The position numbers were made by a program, and so were the translations under genes. The notes beneath the pieces were generated by a model. That model was not told where the DNA came from and ran no database searches. It saw only the letters and a program-made list of their open reading frames with translations. From the NCBI RefSeq assembly GCF_006345805.1, contig NW_021832927.1, positions 1 through 20,186 on the forward strand: 20,186 bases of DNA, read 5' to 3'. Each line of letters opens with the position of its first letter. Position 1 is the first letter of the stretch. Shown one piece after another: positions 1 to 7,237 of this stretch. The DNA is from Octopus sinensis (lineage: Eukaryota).

Positions 1-169
1 GCAAGAATTGCAACAGCGTAGTGTTCAAAGACCCACAATTCTGTCAGTGTTCAAAGGCCTTGCCACAAAAATGAAGAAACTTGCATAATGCGGGTGTAAA
101 TGTCTTCAGAAAGGAACTTGGCATTTTCCTCTCCACAGTACCGGATGAACCAACCAACGGTCCGGTATG

Positions 170-636
170 AGGCGGCGAGCTGGCAGAAACGTTAGCACGC
201 CGGGCGAAATGCGTACGTGTATTTCGCCTGCCGTTACGTTTCGAGTTCAAATTCCGCCGAGGTTGACTTTGCCTTTCATCCTTTCGGGGTCGATAAATTA
301 AGCACCAGTTACGTACTGGGGTCGATGTAATCGACTTAATACCCATTTCTTTATTACCCACAAGGGGCTAAACACAGAGGGGACAAACAAGGACAGGCAA
401 AGAGACTAAGTCGATTACATTGACCCCAGTGCATAACTGGTACTTAATTTATCGACCCCGAAAGGATGAAAGGCAAAGTCGACCTCGGCGGAATTTGAAC
501 TCACAACGTAACGCAGACGAAATACTGCTAAGCATTTCGCCCGGCGTGCTAACGTTTCTGCCAGCTCGCCGCCTATGTCTGTTCTTGTTTGTCCCCTCTA
601 TGTTTAGCCCCTTGTGGGTAGTAAAGAAATAGGTAT
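170..636 (+). mobile_element. tRNA-derived SINE (outer copy) with Nin-like core, interrupted at ~339-574 by a second copy
   Basis: Head AGGCGGCGAGCTGGCAGAAACG with A-box-like TGGCAGAAACG (181-191) and B-box-like GAGTTCAAATTCC (243-255). Core CTTTGCCTTTCATCCTTTCGGGGTCGATAAATTAAG. Tail resumes at 575 (ATGTCTG...AAAGAAATAGGTAT). 170-338 plus 575-636 aligns end to end with the reverse complement of 339-574. Family name is from recall. Confidence 0.8.
339..574 (-). mobile_element. Full-length SINE of the same family, inserted in opposite orientation inside the outer copy
   Basis: Reverse complement reads AGGCGGCGAGCTGGCAGAAACGTTAGCACGCCGGGCG...GTTCAAATTCCGCCGAGGTCGACTTTGCC...CCCCTTGTGGGTAATAAAGAAATGGGTAT, collinear with the outer copy. 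Confidence 0.85.
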
Positions 637-797
637 GAGGCACAGATGAGAGTCGCGGTCTCAAACTCTCTCATACACAAAACGGGTCAAAAATCAAGGC
701 AAAAAAGCACACACAGGAGTAGTGATGTGAAACCCCACCACCCTGGAGAAATCAGCCAAAGGAGAATCACGCGTTAGAGTGCAAAAATCACATTCTT

Positions 798-855
798 GCT
801 CCAGCATGACCGCGGCTGCATGATTGAAACGTATAAAAAAAAATAAATGAAAATA
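798..855 (+). mobile_element. Isolated 3' tail fragment of a second SINE family
   Basis: GCTCCAGCATG...TGATTGAAAC...A-rich end matches the tail at 3303-3356 (GCTCCAGCATGGCTGCAGTCAAACGACTGAAAC...AAAAGAATA). Confidence 0.5.
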
Positions 856-928
856 CCTGGTATTTAAATCTATTTAGCATGCTAAACTAGGAGTTTGATC
901 TCACGCATCGAGATAAACGTATTAAATA

Positions 929-1330
929 CTAGCAGTATTATCCGGCGTTGCTCGGGTTTGTAAGGGAAATAACTAGATAAGCATTTTTAGAGATGTAAAG
1001 TATAATAGCCATCTCAATATGGCTAACCACAAAGGGGGGGGTGTTACTGTAGCTTTTTACGTTCTGAGATTTAATAATAAATTTTTAGAGAGTTACTTCC
1101 CTTATATATGCCAAAAATGCATTAAAATGGGAAAAATTGATGGTAATTTTTTTTTTAAATTGTAGACTCATCGATAGACGCGCGCTAATACCCAGAAGGG
1201 CTCGATATGAATCACGACTATAAGATACCCGCTTTTGGTTAAACTGCACCGCAAGATGTGGGAGTAGTTAGGAATCTAAATCGGAGGAGACAGACTCTCA
1301 CACACACAACTTCTCTTTTATATATAAAGA
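929..1330 (-). mobile_element. Non-autonomous Helitron-like element (402 bp)
   Basis: Minus strand starts TC (1330-1329) after a host A (1331) and ends CTAG (932-929) before a host T (928). A GC-rich hairpin CCCGAGCAACGCCGGA (956-941) lies 8 nt before CTAG. A short (TG)n lies near the 5' end. No TSD. These are the canonical Helitron end signatures. Confidence 0.75.
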
Positions 1331-1714
1331 TATACAAACATTGAAGCATCACAGAGCAACAAAACACACATAAATCCATAAATCCAGCAAATCTATAGGG
1401 GCAAAAACCAAAAACTACACCTGTTACCTTTGACAGGTGCTAATTAATCTCTGGCTAACAGTGGACTTTATACTACACGGGAAATGATAAATGGGAATGA
1501 AACGCCTCATTCCAATTTCAAAATTTATCTCTAAGAAAACATTTTAATATGACGAAATGACTTATGATTCGTATTAATACCTGGTAAATGTCTCTCTTGA
1601 TATCAAGAATATATTGGAAAGGAAATTGCAGAAAATTGTTATCTACAGGTGAGTATTAATATCTGGAAATCTGGAAATACCTCAAGCTTAAAATAATTTA
1701 AGTACAGGAAAATA

Positions 1715-1934
1715 GTATTTTGGTCATATATAACGAAATACATACACACGCACACACAAACACACACACACACACACATATATATACATACATACATATA
1801 ATATATATATATATATAATATATATAATATATATATATATATATATTATATATAATATATATATATGTATGTATATGATATATATGTATGTATATGTGTG
1901 TGTGTATGTATTTCGTTATGTATGACCAAAATAC
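1715..1934. repeat. Fold-back: 35-bp inverted arms enclosing a quasi-palindromic (CA)n-(TA)n-(TG)n microsatellite
   Basis: 1715-1749 GTATTTTGGTCATATATAACGAAATACATACACAC is the reverse complement of 1900-1934 with 1 mismatch. Confidence 0.85.
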
Positions 1935-1997
1935 ATACACACACACATATATATAACATATATATGTATATATACATAAATATATATAATACATATG

Positions 1998-2029
<32 letters not shown>

Positions 2030-2071
2030 ATATATATACATAAATAAATATATATATACATATATATGTAT

Positions 2072-2105
<34 letters not shown>
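1935..2105. repeat. Imperfect (TA)n/(TACA)n microsatellite
   Basis: Direct reading. Confidence 0.9.
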
Positions 2106-2106
<1 letters not shown>

Positions 2107-2468
2107 GTGGTCGTATACTGTCACCTTAACGTGACAGTCCCGTAAAGGGAATTACACCACCGCTGTTTAGCCCTTGGAAGCATCGACGCTTCCTGTCGGC
2201 CTTGACACGTGTATATATATATTTACGAAGTCTAGACAGATATCATCAGCTAGCAGGCCTTTGCTACTCAAGACTGATGATGGGTAAGACCAAGAAACAT
2301 GCGTGTCTCTAGATGCAAGCCTTGCTATTGGGGGTGTTTGTCTCCTTTCTTAAATATATAAGGACACAGGAAATGTGTCAAGAAGCGTCGATGATTCCTA
2401 GGGCTAAACAGCGGTGATGTAATTCCCTTTACGGGACTGTCACCTTAAGTTGACAGTATACAACTACT
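2106..2468. mobile_element. MITE-like non-autonomous TIR element (363 bp; 87-bp terminal inverted repeats)
   Basis: 2106-2192 vs reverse complement of 2382-2468: 7 mismatches in 87 bp (5 in the inner 80 bp, 2113-2192 vs 2382-2461). No coding capacity. TSD unclear: left flank is (TA)n, right flank TT. Confidence 0.8.
2251..2327 (+). ncRNA. Candidate type I hammerhead ribozyme (possibly decayed)
   Basis: CTGATGA (2274-2280); short stem II TGG-GTAAGA-CCA plus one extra A; GAAAC (2294-2298); stem III ACA-TGCG-TGT; cleavage triplet GTC (2305-2307); bulged stem I pairing 2251-2273 with 2308-2327. Confidence 0.5.
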
Positions 2469-2505
2469 TTATCTATTTATTTATTGTATATTGTTTAGAT
2501 AAGTT

Positions 2506-2607
2506 TGGTACATATTCTATTGGTATCTGTTCCAGAAACGCTAATTTTAGGGGGATGTAAACAAACCAACATAGTCTGGACAGCGGCTGGGAACAAACAA
2601 AAACTCG
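2506..2607 (-). mobile_element. Degenerate internal fragment of the second SINE family
   Basis: TGGTACATATTCTATTGGTATCTGTTCCAGAAACGCTAATTTTAGGGGGATGT is a diverged reverse complement of ~3198-3254 (ACGTCCCTGTAACTTAGCGGTTCGG...AGAATAAGTACTAG). Confidence 0.55.
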
Positions 2608-3081
2608 CACACACATACATACATACATACACACACTCACACATACCGATTTATACACACGCAACTACCAACCTACATACATACATATATACATACATAT
2701 ATACATACATACATGCTTACATACATACACACACACATGCATACATACATACATACATACATACGTACATACATACATACATACACACATACACACATAC
2801 ATAATACACACATACATACACACATACATACACACATACATACATACACACATACATACATACATACATACATACATACATACATACATACACATACATA
2901 CATACACATACATACATACATACACATACATACATACATACACACATATACATACATACATACATACATACATACATACATACATACATGCACACATACA
3001 TACATACATACATATACACATACATACATACATGCACTCACATACATACATGCATACATACATACATACATACATACATAC
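2608..3081. repeat. Long (CATA)n/(CA)n compound microsatellite (~470 bp)
   Basis: Direct reading; explains the MYVC and HTYI ORFs. Confidence 0.95.
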
Positions 3082-3164
3082 GAGATTATATAATTGACGA
3101 AGAAACAAGAAATTATGCACTGAACTTCACTAGCTTACAGTTGTTTCTGCTATAAGATGCAATG

Positions 3165-3356
3165 CCTCCAACATTGCTTGAAAACCGATGGCGGTATGTT
3201 AACGTCCCTGTAACTTAGCGGTTCGGTAAAAGAGACCCATAGAATAAGTACTAGGCTTACAAAGAATAAGTTCTGAGGTCGATTTGCTTGACTAAAGGCG
3301 GTGCTCCAGCATGGCTGCAGTCAAACGACTGAAACAAGTAAAAGAATAAAAGAATA
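3165..3356 (+). mobile_element. 3' half of the second SINE family
   Basis: ...GTAACTTAGCGGTTCGG...GGTCGATTTGCTTGACTAAAGGCGGTGCTCCAGCATGG...CTGAAACAAGT ending in an (AAAAGAAT)2-type tail. Parts recur at 798-855, 2506-2607 and 3364-3432. Octopus SINE resemblance is from recall. Confidence 0.75.
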
Positions 3357-3363
3357 TATAAAT

Positions 3364-3432
3364 GGCGGTGCCCCAGCATGGCCACAGATCGTGAGCTGAA
3401 ACTAGATAAAATAAAATAAATAAAATAGAATA
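3364..3432 (+). mobile_element. Second, tandem SINE tail variant
   Basis: GGCGGTGCCCCAGCATGGCCACAG...CTGAAAC followed by (TAAAA)n repeats the tail at 3297-3356. Confidence 0.6.
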
Positions 3433-3436
3433 GATA

Positions 3437-3506
3437 TATGTATGTATGTATGTATGTATGTATTTAAATGCACACACACACACACACACAGACACACACA
3501 CACACA
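3437..3506. repeat. (TATG)n followed by (CA)n microsatellite
   Basis: Direct reading. Confidence 0.9.
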
Positions 3507-3507
3507 A

Positions 3508-3626
3508 ACGACTGGCTTCCACACAGTTTCCGTCGACACTAAAAGACACTTGTCGAAGTTGCCGCGCAGTTGGACTGAACTCGAAACTTCGCGGTTTCAA
3601 ATTGACCATCTTAAACACTCAGCCAT
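3508..3626 (-). mobile_element. Degenerate 5' part (tRNA-like head and core) of a SINE
   Basis: Minus strand: A-box-like TGGCTGAGTG (3625-3616), B-box-like GAGTTCAGTCC (3582-3572), then CAAGTGTCTT...GACGGAAACTG...GAAGCCAGTCG running into (TG)n. Confidence 0.65.
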
Positions 3627-3757
3627 AAATGAAAAGAGTATGTGCAAAAAGAGGGGGAAAAAAAAGGAAAACAACACAAATAGAATATTGTATTGAAACA
3701 TCTCCGTGTCCATTGAGAATCGTTGACATCCACTCGAAACAATTTCGGTAAAGCTGC

Positions 3758-3759
<2 letters not shown>

Positions 3760-3796
<37 letters not shown>
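3760..3796. repeat. Perfect (TG)18 microsatellite
   Basis: Direct reading. Confidence 0.95.
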
Positions 3797-3797
<1 letters not shown>

Positions 3798-3799
3798 GC

Positions 3800-4345
3800 G
3801 CGTGTGTTACCGCATCTTACTTGAAACATTTGCTTTTCGGCTACTACAAGTTTATCATATTTGGTGGCCTAACTTCGTTAGAATTACTATTATTAAACTA
3901 CAGTCTGTCGAATTTCCGCATAACTTCATTGGACTGAAGACCTTTCTCCGTCACCGCTTGATATCTCGCAACACACAACACGCCTCGCTGACACTAGCTT
4001 AATAACAGCTATTACACGCAATCATACACACATTATTAGATATTCGTTCCACGTCTAGGAGAAAGACACGTACACAATTCAACGACGACAACTCGAGAAC
4101 CACGCTGACTGCTAGGAAGGAAAATGCAGACATTCCACGCGACAGAATTTATTGTCTTGTCTGTTGACGACGATCGCCTTCGAGCAGCTGAAATCAAATT
4201 AGCATTTTCACATTAAATTAGGTAATCCTGTACATGGAGTGCTTTAAACCTACGTAAATACATATGCTGTGTTCATCCTTAACAATACTAATGTGTCGTC
4301 TGCTGGAAGTACAAGCAACAAAGATGGCGGTGTTAATATTAAAAC
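3800..4345. promoter_or_regulatory. Non-repetitive, CpG-containing island; possible regulatory or 5' gene region
   Basis: Longest stretch without recognisable repeats, with many CpGs and a YY1-type AAGATGGCGG motif at 4321-4330. Motif evidence only. Confidence 0.15.
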
Positions 4346-4359
4346 TTAAATCCCCACCA

Positions 4360-4424
4360 CTCTCTCTCTCTTCCTCTAATTCCCTCTCTCTCTCACTCTC
4401 TCTCTTCCTCCCTCCTACTTCCCC
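4360..4424. repeat. Imperfect (CT)n polypyrimidine tract
   Basis: Direct reading. Confidence 0.85.
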
Positions 4425-4509
4425 ATGGCTATCTTGTCATCATTGGCTTACTTTCTTTCCGTCTTTGTTTCCTCAATTTTATTTCCATTTCGTCCCACAC
4501 TAACGGTCG

Positions 4510-4761
4510 TTTTCTTCTTCTTTCTTTCTTCTCCCTTTATTTTCTTCTCACCTCTTACCTGTTCTTCTTTTTCGTCTTCCGTTTCCTCATTCTCTTCTTC
4601 TTCTTCTTCTTTTCTCTTCTTCTCTTCTTTCTCTTCTTCGTTCTTCTTCTTCTTCTTCTTCTTCTTCTTCTTCTCTTCTTCGCTTCTTCTCTTCTTCTTC
4701 TTCTTCTTCTTCTTCTTCTTCTTCTTCTTCTTCTTCTTCATAATCGTTCTTTTCTTTTTTT
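4510..4761. repeat. (CTT)n trinucleotide microsatellite ending in a T-run
   Basis: Direct reading; explains the poly-K/E/F ORFs. Confidence 0.95.
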
Positions 4762-5009
4762 GAGAATTTTTTGAGAATTTTGATCAAAATTTTCATCAAA
4801 ATTTATTAAAAGTTTTTGAATATATATATCAAAATTTCTGAAAATTTTTCTGAAAATATTCATTAAAATTTTGGAAAGTTTTTTGAAAATTTTGATCAAA
4901 ATTTTGGAAAGTTGTTTTGAAAATTTTGATCAAAAATTTTAAAAGGTTTTTCGAAAATTTTCATCAAAATTTCTTCAAAACATTTTTGAAAGTTTTCATA
5001 AAAATCTTG
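4762..5009. repeat. AT-rich degenerate minisatellite built from AAAATTTT units
   Basis: Recurrent GAAAATTTT and TCAAAATTTT. Near-exact 33/34-bp tandem duplication (4865-4897, 4898-4931). Perfect 20-bp palindrome at 4886-4905. Confidence 0.75.
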
Positions 5010-6439
5010 CAATTTCCGGCAAACTCTGGCAATCTCTGTCAAACTCGGGCAATCTCCGGCAAACTCTACCAATCTCACTCTATCTCCGCCTATCTCAGTC
5101 TATCTCTGCCTATCTCTACGCCTATCTCACTCTATCTCACTCTCTTCCAGGTGTTTTAACACACAGCATTATTGGGAAATCTCCCAAAATGCTACGCCGA
5201 CAATCTCTGTCTATCTACGGCTACCTCCGGCAATTTCCGGCAATCTTCGGCTATCTCCGACAATCTCCGGCAATCTCCAGTAAACTCGAGCAATATCCGG
5301 CAATCTCCGGTAAACTCCGCCAATCTCCGGCAATTTCCGACAAACTCCGCCAATCTCCGGCAAACTCCACCAATCTCACTGTATCTCCGCATATCTCCGC
5401 CAATGTCACTCTATCTACGCCTATCTCACTCTATCTCACTCTCTCCCAGGTGTTTTAACACCCAGCATTATTGGGAAATCTCCCAAAATGCTATTCCGCC
5501 TATCTCCATCAATCTCTGCCTATCTTCGCCAATCTCCGCCAATCTCCGCCTATCACACTATCTCCGCTTATCTCACTCTATCTCCACCTATCTCACTCTA
5601 TCTCACTTTTTCCGATGTTTTAACACCCAGCATTATTCGGAAATCCCCCAAAATAATATTCCGCCTATCTCCGGCAATCTCCGATAATCTCCGCCTATCT
5701 CGGCCTATCTCCGCCAATCTCCGCCTATCTCCGCCTATCGCACTCTATCTCCGCCTATCTCACTCTATCTCCGCCTATCTAACTCCATCTCACTCTATGT
5801 CATTCTCCCCCAGGTGTTTTAACACCCTATGATTGGCAATCTCCCAAAATGCTATTCCACCAATCTCCGGCAATCTCCGGCAATCTCCGGCAATCTCCGG
5901 CTATCCCCGGCTATCTCCGGCAATCTCCGTTAAATTCCGGCAATCTCCGGCAAACTCCGGCAATCTCCGGCAATCTCTGGCAAACTCCGCCAATCTCCGG
6001 CAAACTCCGCCAATCTCAATGTATCTCCGCCTATCTCCGCCAATCTCACTCTATCTACGCCTATCTCACCCTATCTCACTCTCCCAGCTGTTTTAACACC
6101 CAGCATTATTGGGAAATCTCCCAAAATGCTATTCCACCAATCTCTGCCTATTTCCGCCAACCTACGCTAATCTCCGCCTATATTCGCCTATCTCACTCTA
6201 TCTCCGCCTATCTAACTCTATCTCACTCTCCCCCAGGTGATTTAACACCCTGCATATTTTGGGAAATCTCCCAAAATGCAATTCCGCCAATCTCAGGCAA
6301 TCTCCAGCTATCTCCGGCTATCTCCGGAAATCTCAGGCCATCTCAGGCAAACTTCGGCAATCTCGGCAATCTCCGGCACAACTCCGGCAATCTTCGGCAA
6401 TCTCCGGCAAACTCCGCCAATCTCCGGCAAACTCCGCCA
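5010..6439. repeat. Composite array: 10-bp minisatellite (CAATCTCCGG/CTATCTCCGC/CTATCTCACT) punctuated by six ~47-bp twin-hairpin modules
   Basis: Module CCAGGTGTTTTAACACCCAGCATTATTGGGAAATCTCCCAAAATGCT starts at 5147, 5446, 5612, 5810, 6084 and 6233. Confidence 0.9.
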
Positions 6440-7237
6440 CTAACACTAACACTAACACTAACACTAACACTAACCCTAACGCTAATCCTAACACTAAGCC
6501 TAACCCTAGCCCAAACCCTATACCTAACGTTAACCCTAACCCTAACACTAACCCTAACGCTAACCCTAGCCCTAACCCTAACCAAAACCCTAACCCTAAC
6601 ACTAACCCTCACCCCAAACCTAACCCTAAACCTAACCCTAACTCCTAAATCCTAAACCTAACCATAACCCTCACCCTAACCCTAACCGTAACCTAACCCT
6701 AGCCCTAACCCAAACCTAACGCTAACCCTAACCCAAACCCTATCCCTAACCCTAACCCTCACCTTAACGCTAACCCTCACCCTAACCCTAATCGTAACCA
6801 TTACCCTAACCCGTAACCGCTAACCCAAACCATAAAGCTAACACTAACCCTAACCCAAACCCTAATGCTACACCTAACCCTAACCCTAACCCTAACAACT
6901 AACTCCTACACCTAACCCTAACACTAATCGTAAACCTAACACTAACACTAAACTTAACTCTAACCATCTAACAATAATCCTAAACCAAACAGTATCCCTA
7001 ACCCTAACCCTAACCCTAACCCTAACCCTAACACTAGCCCGAAACCTAACCCACTAAACCTCACACTAACCATAACCATAAACCTAAACCTAGCCCTAAA
7101 CCTAACTCTAACCATAACCCTAACCCTAATCCAAACCCTAACACTAACCCTAACCCTAGCCCTAACCCTAAACCTAAACCTAACACTAAACCTAACCATA
7201 ATCCTAAACTTAACGCTAACCTCTAAACCTAAAACTA
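6440..7237. repeat. Degenerate telomere-like (TAACCC)n tract (interstitial telomeric sequence)
   Basis: Hexamer register largely kept over ~800 bp with variants TAACAC, TAAACC, TAGCCC and TAACGC. Longest perfect run is 6 x CCCTAA (6996-7031). TTAGGG is the ancestral metazoan telomere motif. Confidence 0.85.

Larger units (their letters stand above)
164..641. repeat. 10-bp direct repeat GGTATGAGGC (164-173 and 632-641), candidate target-site duplication of the outer SINE
   Basis: Exact 10/10 match at both ends. It overlaps the SINE head (AGGC) and tail (GGTAT), so part may be microhomology. Confidence 0.5.

Noticed and set aside
121-170. Possible 26-nt plus-strand micro-exon (TTTTCCTCTCCACAG acceptor, exon 139-164, GTATGA donor); 7-bp hairpin at 139-167
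   Set aside because: Splice-like motifs alone are insufficient, and it conflicts with the equally unproven minus-strand ORF.
170-260. tRNA gene
   Set aside because: It has A/B boxes but no convincing cloverleaf, and it continues into the SINE body.
44-664. ORFs 44-361, 420-632 and 449-664 with mutually similar peptides; CGKAF motif
   Set aside because: The similarity comes from the inverted SINE pair. CGKAF lacks the remaining C2H2 ligands and is followed by a stop.
1418-1439. Inverted E-box pair CACCTGT-N8-ACAGGTG
   Set aside because: A 7-bp stem is expected by chance in a window this size.
1588-1654. ATG...CAG|GTGAGT perfect donor, giving MSLLISRIYWKGNCRKLLST
   Set aside because: It is 20 codons, with no downstream exon or transcript support in the window.
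2126-2448. piggyBac assignment from the TTAA sites
   Set aside because: There are no CCC/GGG termini next to TTAA, and inverted symmetry continues outside the TTAAs.
1698-4799. YI/MYVC/HT/poly-K/E/F ORFs
   Set aside because: They are translations of di-, tri- and tetranucleotide microsatellites.
5147-6280. CRISPR-like look: hairpin repeats separated by variable spacers
   Set aside because: Spacers are 100-250 bp of one 10-mer family, not unique 25-45-bp sequences. There are no cas genes and the context is eukaryotic.
5172-6655. 171-aa and 268-aa ORFs ([10 protein letters not shown] repeats)
   Set aside because: They are translations of the 10-bp minisatellite and the telomere-like hexamers, open in several frames, with no domain.
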